From a virus, in the IMG/VR virus record IMGVR_UViG_3300025158_000005: DNA of 64,000 nucleotides; one strand, given 5' to 3'. Each line of letters starts with the position of its first letter. Position 1 is the first letter of the stretch. A program made the position numbers and the translations under genes. This document shows, piece by piece, positions 48,605 through 57,644 of this stretch. Under the pieces are notes generated by a model. That model had not been told where the DNA came from. It did not search any database and was given only the letters and a program-made list of their open reading frames with translations.

Positions 48605-49420
48605 ATGAAAACTTACGCAGATTTTATCTCGTCCAAGAAGGATGTTACTCCAATCATGGAAGACACAACAAGAGAACGTTATCTCAATGGAGAACTGTTC
48701 CGTGTTGGTGATATCGTCGTTGATCGTGACACAGAAACAATCCATGAAATTGTCAATCTAGGCACTAATTATGTGTCTGTCGTTGATGCCGGCGGCAAAA
48801 CTAGTAAGAAGTGGATAACAAGTCTAGTCGAAGCAAATTCTCTCGCGGATGACTTCAACGAGATTAGACGAAAGAGAAGTTCTAGTAACCAGATCGCATT
48901 CCTAGGCTACAAAACGAAAAACTTCACCGAAGAACATTATAATTCGTTTATGCCCATGATCAAGAAGCACCGTAATGAGGACAAGTTCGCAATGTTGAAT
49001 CTTGTCAGATCGACCGACGAACTACTTGGAGAAATGAAAAATATTTCTCTCGACAACTACAATCGAGTTCAGGGACTGTTTGAACAGACAGAACGATTAC
49101 TGAACAAGTTCAATTCTATCTCCGGACATTCGTATCGCAAGGATTTGATGGAAAGTATTTTGTATCTAGAGTTGACGGAAGAACTAAAATTTAGTCGTGG
49201 CGACAAGGAACATGCGGCAAAGGTAATCGCAAATACGTTTAACGTCGAAATGAAAGATCGCCCACAGGATACGATTGATGCAGCATTGAAGCAAGTGATC
49301 TCCACCCCTAAGACCAACAAACATTCAACCTACCATAAGATAGCATCCCGTCTTTTTGATTATGCTAAAGAAATGGGTATACAGTTCAATCATGATCGTA
49401 TCAAGGAACTACAAAAATGA
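48605..49420 (+). CDS. Putative internal protein
   Basis: MKTYADF...PIME start; RERYL.GELF.VGD.V...GTNY small beta domain; late promoter. Confidence 0.55.
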   Translation: MKTYADFISSKKDVTPIMEDTTRERYLNGELFRVGDIVVDRDTETIHEIVNLGTNYVSVVDAGGKTSKKWITSLVEANSLADDFNEIRRKRSSSNQIAFLGYKTKNFTEEHYNSFMPMIKKHRNEDKFAMLNLVRSTDELLGEMKNISLDNYNRVQGLFEQTERLLNKFNSISGHSYRKDLMESILYLELTEELKFSRGDKEHAAKVIANTFNVEMKDRPQDTIDAALKQVISTPKTNKHSTYHKIASRLFDYAKEMGIQFNHDRIKELQK

Positions 49421-50394
49421 TCAAATTCAAAGACCTAACAGCGCAGATTCAAGAAGCATTCGATAACTCCGGTAAAGATTCTGTTGATAAGAAAAAGGGG
49501 TTCCCATCAAAAGGCGATAAGAAAAAGAAGAATCCTTTTGTTAAGAAAGATTCGACCGATGACGCAGACAAAGAAGGCGATGAAGATGAGGAAGATCAGG
49601 AAGACGAAGATGACGATGATTCTCCAGTGGTTGATGGAGAAGACGAAAAAGATGCTAATGAAGCTCAAGTAGGTGAACGCCCTGAGGATGACATTGAGGA
49701 CGAGTCGAAACAAGATACCACTGTCGGTGATGACGGTGAATCGATCTATTCTCTAGATCAACGTATGCAACACAAAATGAAAGAACTTGGTTATGATGAA
49801 GATGGCGAGTATGTTGGTAAAGACGGCGGAGATGATGAAGACCCAGGTTTTGATGCTGTAGCAGGCGGTGAAACAGATCCTGATGATGACGGTGAAGGTG
49901 ATGATGAAGATCAAGATGATTCGGAAGAGGACACAGAAGACGAAGATCCTCCTGTAAATAAGAAGAAAAAGGTCGTCAAGGAAGATACCTTTGAAGTCGC
50001 CAGACTTGTCATGGATGAAAGTTTGTTAGCTATGGCAGCAGTTCCTATTGGTATGGCTATCGGTGCGAAGATCAACGACAAATTGACAAAGAAGAAAGAC
50101 AAAGATGGAGTTCCTTACCGAACTCAAAAGGAATTGGATGACTCTCCGCTGAATCGTTATATCAAGAGAAAGACTACCAAGAATGAGTCTGTTCAAGTCT
50201 CTCTTGATGACGTTGAAAAGTCAAAACAAGACAAGAAACTTGATCGCAAAGGTAAAGACGGTCACGATATGGAATCAGATGCTTCAGATAAGAAGGCTGA
50301 CAAAAAGTTGCAAAAAGACCTTGAGAAAAAATTCGATAAGGAACTAGGTGAAGACACTGGGGTTCTTCGCTGGGCAAAACTGCTTTCCAAATAA
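49417..50394 (+). CDS. Highly acidic/Lys-rich low-complexity protein, probable internal/core protein
   Basis: MIKFKDL..QIQE start; long D/E tracts alternating with K tracts. Confidence 0.55.
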   Translation: MIKFKDLTAQIQEAFDNSGKDSVDKKKGFPSKGDKKKKNPFVKKDSTDDADKEGDEDEEDQEDEDDDDSPVVDGEDEKDANEAQVGERPEDDIEDESKQDTTVGDDGESIYSLDQRMQHKMKELGYDEDGEYVGKDGGDDEDPGFDAVAGGETDPDDDGEGDDEDQDDSEEDTEDEDPPVNKKKKVVKEDTFEVARLVMDESLLAMAAVPIGMAIGAKINDKLTKKKDKDGVPYRTQKELDDSPLNRYIKRKTTKNESVQVSLDDVEKSKQDKKLDRKGKDGHDMESDASDKKADKKLQKDLEKKFDKELGEDTGVLRWAKLLSK

Positions 50395-50420
50395 TCATAA
50401 ATACAATCATACACATATAG

Positions 50421-50465
50421 GAGTTTTACAAAATGGAGTTTTACAAAATGAAGTTTCACAACATG
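50421..50465 (+). repeat. Three tandem 15-bp RBS+ATG units
   Basis: gagttttacaaaatg x2 + aagtttcacaacatg. Confidence 0.85.
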
Positions 50466-51191
50466 CCAGAAATCATTTTCAAACCCTTGCCAGATAACAT
50501 GGTTGGCAACATTACGCTAAACACAATAGTCAACTTTGCAGTCGGTGATGTTGTTACTGGCGGAACGTCTGCTGCTACTGGAAAGATCATCAAGATCGAT
50601 TCGACAAACAAAATTCTTCGCGTCAATGCACTGACCGGGTTCTTTGTTGAAGGCGAGACTGTTACAAACACAGGCACCGGCACAGGAACTGTTGCAACTA
50701 AAGGATATGACCTATCTGCTACCACTCGCGGCATCGAACATACCCAGTGGACAAATGCTGGTGTTCGTGTTCGTTCATATGTTCTAGTTGCAATCCGTAA
50801 TTTCCTTGCTAAGTGGTCAGATGCGAATGCACTGCCTTCATTTACAGCAACATCATCCGTGTCAGCACTTGCTCATATGGTTACCGGTGATATTCTGTCA
50901 ATCTCAGTAAGTTCCGGAGCAGATACAGTTTCAGTGGCAACAGGTGCGTATATCAACGTGACTATCAACGGTATCGTGCGTAAAGCATATTACACGTCTG
51001 GTTCATCTACCTCCACTTCATCTGTTTTCAAATATACAGTTGTTGCTGGTGATGTTGCTACCGCAGGTCAGATTACCGTAGATATGACAATCGTTGGTTC
51101 GGTATACGATACAATCGCTGACGGTCAGACACTTATCGCCGATCCAGTTACCTTCGTTGCTCCTGACACGTCAACTTACGCAGCAAACTAA
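50433..51191 (+). CDS. Virion structural protein
   Basis: F.VGD.VTG.TS.ATG repeat and Ig-like A.Y.SGS....F.YTV..GD; late promoter. Confidence 0.6.
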   Translation: MEFYKMKFHNMPEIIFKPLPDNMVGNITLNTIVNFAVGDVVTGGTSAATGKIIKIDSTNKILRVNALTGFFVEGETVTNTGTGTGTVATKGYDLSATTRGIEHTQWTNAGVRVRSYVLVAIRNFLAKWSDANALPSFTATSSVSALAHMVTGDILSISVSSGADTVSVATGAYINVTINGIVRKAYYTSGSSTSTSSVFKYTVVAGDVATAGQITVDMTIVGSVYDTIADGQTLIADPVTFVAPDTSTYAAN

Positions 51192-51194
51192 TAA

Positions 51195-51590
51195 ATGTCT
51201 GACGCAAAGATATCAGAACTAGCACTGGCAACATCCTTCTCCGCGACGGATGTTTTGCCGGCGGTTATATCTGGGCAAACGGTAAAGATTAACATTGGCA
51301 CGATTTTATCTCAAATTGCTCTTGGTGGCAAAGTTGTCTTAGGTGGTGCCACGGTGACTCATGATGTTGCCACAGTCGACCTTTCATCGTTCATGTCTCA
51401 CGTTACCGGAAGTCTTATTCTAAGTACCGGAGTTGCCTGGCAACTAAAGTTTATCACGGCAGACGGCGTAAGTTCTATCAGCCCGACCTTAGCAAATTTC
51501 ACCTCTCTGGCATTTACAACAGGCCAAACTGCGTTACTTTTGTACGTTGATAAGTGGTATGTGATCTCTGCAAATTGTACTGTAACATAA
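51195..51590 (+). CDS. Small virion structural protein
   Basis: MSDAKISEL..AT N-terminus of fiber-associated proteins. Confidence 0.55.
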   Translation: MSDAKISELALATSFSATDVLPAVISGQTVKINIGTILSQIALGGKVVLGGATVTHDVATVDLSSFMSHVTGSLILSTGVAWQLKFITADGVSSISPTLANFTSLAFTTGQTALLLYVDKWYVISANCTVT

Positions 51591-51591
51591 T

Positions 51592-52224
51592 ATGACAACT
51601 ATAAAAGTATCTCAACTTCCAACCGCAACGGATATCGTTGACCCAATTCTAGATTGGGTCATGATCGTTCAGGGAGGAGTCAATAAGAAGATTTCTCCTG
51701 ATACTATCTTCAAAAATATCATGAGTGATGTTATCGTGAATCCTGCGTTGACAAGTGTTGACGTGACGATAAACGGTCACGGTCTAGCGAATCTACTGAA
51801 GGTTGATGGTACGAACAATTATGTCGGTGTTGGTGTTGTTCCGACTGAACGTTTTCACGTCGTCGGCAACGTAAAGGTCGATGGTAACGTAAAAGTATCT
51901 CAAGAGATTATTACTGTACCTTCAACAACTGGAGCACTGGCGATAAACTCGTCGTATGAAGTGTCTGTAATTCAAACAACAACGAGTTCCGTGTCGACCC
52001 AAGTAATTTCGCTTCCTACTGGCGTAAATAATCAGTTCAAGACAGTAACATATGCCGATGGTGCAGCAAATCGTCGAACTGGCGTTATTTACACACTTCA
52101 GGACAACCTAATTGGCGCAAGTCAGATTGCATTTACTAAAGTAGGAACGTCAGTGACACTTTACGGATACGGCGGTAAATGGGTTATCATCAATTACTCT
52201 GGTAATGGAGTAACCATAGTTTGA
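51592..52224 (+). CDS. Virion structural protein
   Basis: KVSQLP.AT start; VGVG..P....HV.GN repeat. Confidence 0.55.
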   Translation: MTTIKVSQLPTATDIVDPILDWVMIVQGGVNKKISPDTIFKNIMSDVIVNPALTSVDVTINGHGLANLLKVDGTNNYVGVGVVPTERFHVVGNVKVDGNVKVSQEIITVPSTTGALAINSSYEVSVIQTTTSSVSTQVISLPTGVNNQFKTVTYADGAANRRTGVIYTLQDNLIGASQIAFTKVGTSVTLYGYGGKWVIINYSGNGVTIV

Positions 52225-52607
52225 TCCTAACCGATGAAGGTTTTCTTGATTATGCTAAGGCAAACTATACCTCGACTGGTTTGAAAACTGTCGCGGAGTT
52301 TACGGAAGATATAAATCGTATCATCCATATCAAGCGATTAATGAACCGATTGGTCGCAGGTGAAGATGTTTCAATCAGACTAATACTGAATCATTTCGTT
52401 ATTTTGTTCAACATGTTTGATTCGTATGCTGCCGCGAACATGTTATTTTATAAGATTGAGGAGGATAAATGGATTCTTCTCAATACGTTTTTAGTTTATA
52501 TGAAGTATTCCCCATCACATTTACCTGATCTTGGTATAACACTAACAGCAGATGATGTTGATGTAGCAACAAAACAAGAATTGGACTCATATGTCAAACG
52601 TAATTGA
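52221..52607 (+). CDS. Conserved T4-like hypothetical protein
   Basis: F..YA..NY...EF.ED..R...KRL..RLILNH..L.N.F motif. Confidence 0.7.
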   Translation: MILTDEGFLDYAKANYTSTGLKTVAEFTEDINRIIHIKRLMNRLVAGEDVSIRLILNHFVILFNMFDSYAAANMLFYKIEEDKWILLNTFLVYMKYSPSHLPDLGITLTADDVDVATKQELDSYVKRN

Positions 52608-53091
52608 CAATGCTATTGCAATGAGAATATTGTATCTTCTCGTTCTTCCATTTAATAAGTGGAAGGCGTATGAAGAATGCATTATTGATGAAGACGGTAA
52701 GATCCTGCATCCAAAATCGAAGTCTGATAACTGGACGATGCTTCATAGATTGGTTGCAAGACTAAAAATTTTGCTTGGCAAAATACCAGGCGGCAAGTCT
52801 GTATTTGCAACAACGGCCGCTGCCTATCTTCTCGTAAAAGAACATCTTGAGAATGAAGATGAAAGTATTCTATTTGAGACTCGTTTCTTTACGAATAAAT
52901 ACGAAACAGAAGCACTAGAACCCCAGATAAAAAAAGCATATGAATATCTTCTAGAGGACGGAATGGGAGTTACTGCTGTCGCGGGTGTTGGTGCAGATGG
53001 ACCTGGTGACACGAATAAAGAACCTCCTGTCGATTTGAAAGACAAGAAAAAAGCAATATTGTTTGCAACGAAGCGAAAAGTGGTGAAATAA
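52591..53091 (+). CDS. Conserved T4-like hypothetical protein
   Basis: R.L.LLV.PF..W.AY..IID.DG..HRLV..LK..L.K.PGG motif. Confidence 0.7.
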   Translation: MSNVIDNAIAMRILYLLVLPFNKWKAYEECIIDEDGKILHPKSKSDNWTMLHRLVARLKILLGKIPGGKSVFATTAAAYLLVKEHLENEDESILFETRFFTNKYETEALEPQIKKAYEYLLEDGMGVTAVAGVGADGPGDTNKEPPVDLKDKKKAILFATKRKVVK

Positions 53092-53534
53092 TGTTTACTA
53101 TCATAACTATGTTTTTGAAAAACTTATCTCCGATGGCATATCTGTCTGGGATTCTTGGTATCATGCTTATTGTTATGTTTTCAATGTATGAGATAAAGAA
53201 GCTAGAAGTCAAATCTGATGATGCAAAAGTAGTTCAATTATCTACGACTATTCAAACCCAAAATATGACTATTGCAAGTTTGAAGCAACAACGCGATAAC
53301 GCAGTTGCTAGTATTGCAGTACAAAATAACGCGGTAGATGCATTGAAAAAGAAATCTGTATCACTTCAAGCCAAGGCAGATGAAGCTCAAAAGAGCGTTG
53401 TTATAAAAGAAACACAGATTCAAGGATTGATCAACGCGATTAATTCAAAGCCTGTTCCAAAGGACTGCCAGGGAGCAATGAAAGAACTCGGAACTTTTAT
53501 GAAATCATATGCTACAGATTGGAATAAACAATGA
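53091..53534 (+). CDS. Inner-membrane spanin (Rz-like)
   Basis: Single N-terminal TM, coiled coil and C-terminal Cys; followed by a lipoprotein. Confidence 0.7.
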   Translation: MFTIITMFLKNLSPMAYLSGILGIMLIVMFSMYEIKKLEVKSDDAKVVQLSTTIQTQNMTIASLKQQRDNAVASIAVQNNAVDALKKKSVSLQAKADEAQKSVVIKETQIQGLINAINSKPVPKDCQGAMKELGTFMKSYATDWNKQ

Positions 53535-53812
53535 GATATCTATTCGTATTGATGTTTTTACTGACTGGTTGTGCGAATATGCAAAACAAGGATGACATCA
53601 CAAACTGTCAAGTTGTTGATACTAAGATAATTGAGGTGCCTGTGTACACGGACTTGCCCGTTGTCAACGTTAAACGACCCGTTTTGACAGCCGCGGCTGC
53701 TGATCAATCAAAGCCCGATGAACTTGTCAAGGCACTAGAAGTTGATCTAACGAATCTAAACGAATACACCAAGAATCTTGAAAAGGTACTTGGAATATAT
53801 AAGGGTAATTGA
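53531..53812 (+). CDS. Outer-membrane spanin lipoprotein (Rz1-like)
   Basis: Lipobox LTGC; Pro-rich VPV..P; overlaps the i-spanin end. Confidence 0.75.
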   Translation: MRYLFVLMFLLTGCANMQNKDDITNCQVVDTKIIEVPVYTDLPVVNVKRPVLTAAAADQSKPDELVKALEVDLTNLNEYTKNLEKVLGIYKGN

Positions 53813-54195
53813 TCATGGCAATATTAGCAAACGTTCATTTCAGAGGCGTAAACATAAAATCTGCGTATGTGAAGATACGAAAGAAATGGGGCAATGATGT
53901 TCATGGTTGGTGCTGCATTATGGGTGTCGCAGCCGATGCCGAACTTGCGGCAAAGGGAATTTGGCTATATGAATTCAGTCTTGGACCCATACAAGGCGAA
54001 CCATATGCCGCACTCTATAAAGCAGCATCCGATAAGTTTGTCACCGAAGGTATCGAGCACCTACACGATCACGAAGTTGCAGTTGAAGCACAAAAAGAAC
54101 TTGAAGTTCCTCCACTAAATGCTGATATTCCAAAAAAGACAAGAAAGAAAAAAGATGTACTATCGTCAAGCAAGAAACAGAATAAGAACGGGTGA
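53809..54195 (+). CDS. Hypothetical protein
   Basis: Coupled ORF; G..I..AYVKI motif of small tail-associated proteins. Confidence 0.4.
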   Translation: MIMAILANVHFRGVNIKSAYVKIRKKWGNDVHGWCCIMGVAADAELAAKGIWLYEFSLGPIQGEPYAALYKAASDKFVTEGIEHLHDHEVAVEAQKELEVPPLNADIPKKTRKKKDVLSSSKKQNKNG

Positions 54196-54628
54196 CTTAC
54201 TGTTCTGGTCTGGAAATGATCTAGTAAGCACCGCAATAAAACTGGCAACAAGGTCAGAATACACACATGTCGGTATGGCGTGGGTAACATCAGGGCGGGT
54301 TTTTGTTTTGGAAGCATATCCACCTAGCGTAAGAATAATGCCCCTAGGCACAAAAGCTCCATTCTATTGGGTGTCGATGTTTGGTCTTTCTGATGATGCC
54401 GTGAGTTTTGCAATGAAACATGTTGGCGACCCATATAGTAAACTAGACGCGATCAAGGCATACTTCAAAATGAGACTACCAAGAGGATCATGGGAATGCG
54501 CCGAATACGTCGCCAAGATTTATGCCCACGATGGTCTACCAATGACGTTAGATAAGTACACCCCTGCAGATGTGATGAATTGGTGCAAAAGTCTAGTCAG
54601 AAAAGTGGAGTTTGTTGATCATGACTGA
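54155..54628 (+). CDS. Permuted papain-like (YiiX/YaeF, NlpC/P60) amidase
   Basis: GDLLF, YTHVG, EA, G.PY and CAEYV (His before Cys). Confidence 0.8.
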   Translation: MYYRQARNRIRTGDLLFWSGNDLVSTAIKLATRSEYTHVGMAWVTSGRVFVLEAYPPSVRIMPLGTKAPFYWVSMFGLSDDAVSFAMKHVGDPYSKLDAIKAYFKMRLPRGSWECAEYVAKIYAHDGLPMTLDKYTPADVMNWCKSLVRKVEFVDHD

Positions 54629-55049
54629 TTCAATCATAAAATTCCTCCAATTCGTTACAACACTAGATTACTCGGGTATATCGGTGTTGTTGATGCTCGT
54701 GATTCTGTTAGGATTTCTTATCAGAGCACATTTTTCCAAAACCTCAGCATTCTTCTTCGACAAGTTGTTCCTAAACGATTTCGATAGACCGTCTATATCT
54801 CAGATTGCAATCGTTATAAGTCTTATCTTGTCCGCTTGGGCATTTGTCTTTCTAACGTTGAAAGATTTAATGACAACAGGGTATTTCATGGGCTTTCTAA
54901 GCGTATGGGTAGTACAAAGCGGATACAGTAAATGGATGGACTCATTGAAGATTCCAAAGATGGATGACGTGAAGAACTTATTCGCTAACGGAACACCGTC
55001 GCTTGACGACGTGAAGAAACTTTTCAATATCGGACAGAACTCGTCCTAA
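54621..55049 (+). CDS. Multi-TM membrane protein, holin candidate
   Basis: Three hydrophobic segments and a charged C-tail with duplicated (M/L)DDVK.LF; in the lysis cluster. Confidence 0.5.
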   Translation: MTDSIIKFLQFVTTLDYSGISVLLMLVILLGFLIRAHFSKTSAFFFDKLFLNDFDRPSISQIAIVISLILSAWAFVFLTLKDLMTTGYFMGFLSVWVVQSGYSKWMDSLKIPKMDDVKNLFANGTPSLDDVKKLFNIGQNSS

Positions 55050-55267
55050 ATTACCATACGCAACGGCAGCGACCGGAGGGATAGTGCATTTAGATGCATC
55101 ATTTAGCGAACTTCGTTCGCCCTCGCTTCGCTCGTCGCATCTTTTATTGGAACTAACTTAGAACTTTTGGTGCATCAATTAGCGACCACTGATGCATGAT
55201 GATAAACATATTTAAGGTAGCACGAGCGCGTATTCAATAATCTAACACGTGCTGGAATTTATGTCAA
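55047..55267 (-). repeat. Copy 2 of the duplicated structured non-coding element
   Basis: Shares the 43-bp and 32-bp blocks with 7193-7299; minus-strand TTGACA (55262-67)-N17-TAGATT. Confidence 0.85.
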
Positions 55268-55318
55268 ATATTTTTGTAAGTTGTTGATAACTAATCGATA
55301 ATTTAAGCAAAAATAAAC

Positions 55319-55347
55319 TTGAAAATAAGTCTTTCCTACAGTAAAAT
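55319..55347 (+). promoter_or_regulatory. sigma70-type promoter for primase
   Basis: TTGAAA-N17-TAAAAT. Confidence 0.5.
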
Positions 55348-55371
55348 AACTGTATTCGACATGGAGTTACT

Positions 55372-56385
55372 ATGTTTTATCTTGATGTTCAATACGCCCG
55401 CCGAATTGCTTACAAACTAAATCGATTCAAAGTCAAAAAAGACAATGGAAACGTCTTCGAAGCGGCATTCCGCTGTCCGATTTGCGGGGACTCAGAAAAG
55501 TCAGAAGCAAAGACTCGTGGTGGTCTGTACACAAAAGACAGCCATCTTTATATGCATTGTTTCAATTGTAATGCGAACATGCACTTCGGACAGTTTTTGA
55601 AGCACATCGACTTTCCTCTCTGGGAAGAATACAAACTCGAAAAATTCAAGCATAACGTAAAATATAACCCACCGAAGGAACCAGTAAAACATGAGCCAGT
55701 TTTTATAAACCCTGCATGGTCAGACGGGTTGGAGCGTATCGATTTACTAAATGACGATCATCGTGCTAAGATGTATCTGACTAAAAGAATGATACCAAAA
55801 GACAAACTAAACTTGTTTTATTATGCTCCAAAATTCTTTGAGTGGTCAAGATCGAACACCGATAAGTTCAAGGATGCTCATACAGACGATCATGAACGGA
55901 TCGTTATGCCTTGGTTCGATAAAGATGGTCGTTTCTTCGCATATCAAGCACGCGCGATGGGAGACGAACAACCGAAGTATTATTCCATCGTTCTTGACAA
56001 GTCTGTTCCTAGAATTTATGGGCTTGATCGTATCGACTGGAACAAGAAAATTTATTGTGTCGAAGGTCCGATGGACTCATTGTTTCTAGATAACGCGGTG
56101 GCTGTTGGCACGAGCGCTCTATACATGTTCCAAACGGACGATCAGGAAGTGATCTATGTTCCAGACAACGAAAACCGAAACAAGGAAATTCTCAAGGTCT
56201 ACTCGAAGTTGATCAAACTCGGTAAAAACGTTGTCATTCCGCCAGACAATTGCGAGTTCAAGGATATCAACGATGCTATCATAGAAAAATTTGACGTGAA
56301 ATCAATGATAGACGATAATATCTATAGTGGTCTTCGTGCTCAAGTAAAACTTAACGAGTGGAAGAGGGTTGATTATGAGAGTTAA
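55372..56385 (+). CDS. gp61: DNA primase gp61
   Basis: FRCPICGDS..K.RG..CFNC Zn domain, QAR, VEGPMDSLF, DNE.RN and KDIN motifs. Confidence 0.96.
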   Translation: MFYLDVQYARRIAYKLNRFKVKKDNGNVFEAAFRCPICGDSEKSEAKTRGGLYTKDSHLYMHCFNCNANMHFGQFLKHIDFPLWEEYKLEKFKHNVKYNPPKEPVKHEPVFINPAWSDGLERIDLLNDDHRAKMYLTKRMIPKDKLNLFYYAPKFFEWSRSNTDKFKDAHTDDHERIVMPWFDKDGRFFAYQARAMGDEQPKYYSIVLDKSVPRIYGLDRIDWNKKIYCVEGPMDSLFLDNAVAVGTSALYMFQTDDQEVIYVPDNENRNKEILKVYSKLIKLGKNVVIPPDNCEFKDINDAIIEKFDVKSMIDDNIYSGLRAQVKLNEWKRVDYES

Positions 56386-56638
56386 AGGAATAGAAACAAA
56401 ACAAGTTGAATTGGATATTAGCACCGAAGAACTACTTCGAGTAGTAATGGCGATAACCAAAGAAAATAATCCTGTACTCACTCAATTTGGAAAATCGAAA
56501 TGGTGACTTATATGAATTTGATTATTTTGATATTCATAAGAGAGAGAAGACTACTATAAGTTTGCTTGTAAGGCAACACCAGAAGAATTGGGGGTGTTTG
56601 AACGAGTTAAATGGATTGTTTCACAACTAAAGGATTGA
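56375..56638 (+). pseudogene. Frameshifted paralog of 57390-57635
   Basis: MRVKG...DIS start and ATPEEL end lie in different frames; same pattern as MIIKG...DVS...ATPYEL. Confidence 0.5.
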
Positions 56639-56642
56639 ATGA

Positions 56643-57377
56643 ATGAGTGACGCCCACGTTTTACGTAATGAAGTATTAACAAACACAATTCCTGTTCTTG
56701 ATTCGAGTTATATGCTGTATTATACTACTACAACTACTGACATATTTGCCCCGCAAGTCACTGGAAAAATTGTTCACGATTATATGCATCCGAAACCACC
56801 TAACAAACATTATCTTGAGACTGTTACAGGGACGACAGTTGACGTTGAAAATCCTACAGAGGATATGATCAACATTCAAGATATCGCATGGGGATTATCA
56901 CGCATTCCCAGATTCGCAGGGCACACAATCACTAAGGTTCCATACTCGGTAGCCCAACATTCTATTATGGTGATGCGTTATATTAGGGATAATTTTGAAG
57001 ATTCTTCTAGTGAAATTCTCATGCAAGCGTTATTGCATGACGCAGCCGAAGTTTACATCGGAGATATTCCTTCTCCTATAAAGAAACTGCCTTCTATTCG
57101 TGAAAGTATCAAGACAATAGAAAACAGACTGATGTTGAGTATCTACAGTAAATTTAATCTATGTATTCCAACACCGGAAGGTGAAGCTCTTATTAAGAAG
57201 TCTGACCTTCGTGCTCGTGCAATCGAGGCACATAATTTCATGGTTTCACGAGGGAAGACTTGGAATTTACCTGAAGTGGATTTACTGACTCTCCAGAGTT
57301 TTGAACCGCCCATGATAGCACAAGACGCATACAAGTTGTTCATGAAGGAATTTAAGGAGTTACAAGAATATGTATAA
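56643..57377 (+). CDS. HD-domain nucleotide phosphohydrolase (YfbR/YfdR-like)
   Basis: DIA..LS...RFAGH..YSVAQHS and ALLHDAAE.YIGD.PSP.K motifs. Confidence 0.85.
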   Translation: MSDAHVLRNEVLTNTIPVLDSSYMLYYTTTTTDIFAPQVTGKIVHDYMHPKPPNKHYLETVTGTTVDVENPTEDMINIQDIAWGLSRIPRFAGHTITKVPYSVAQHSIMVMRYIRDNFEDSSSEILMQALLHDAAEVYIGDIPSPIKKLPSIRESIKTIENRLMLSIYSKFNLCIPTPEGEALIKKSDLRARAIEAHNFMVSRGKTWNLPEVDLLTLQSFEPPMIAQDAYKLFMKEFKELQEYV

Positions 57378-57389
57378 TGTGTTATTTAA

Positions 57390-57635
57390 ATGATTATAAA
57401 AGGAACACAAACGGTATCAATTGATGTTAGTGAACGTGATATACTTGATGCATTAACAATTCTAAGGAAACGATATTCGGCAAATTTTAGCAATAGTTAT
57501 ATAGATAAAGATGGCCGATGGAATAATTACTCAGAAAATCATCCTCATAGCAGAGATGATGCGGGCGAGTTGGCAACTCCATACGAACTTGAAACTTATA
57601 ATAAGTTCTTGTGGTTAATAAGTATTTTAAAGTAA
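57390..57635 (+). CDS. Hypothetical protein
   Basis: 81-aa ORF. Confidence 0.5.
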   Translation: MIIKGTQTVSIDVSERDILDALTILRKRYSANFSNSYIDKDGRWNNYSENHPHSRDDAGELATPYELETYNKFLWLISILK

Positions 57636-57644
57636 AGGAAAAAG

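Noticed and set aside
56643-57377. Z-genome (DatZ/PurZ) system
   Set aside because: There is no PurZ/PurA-like gene in the window; an HD domain alone is insufficient.
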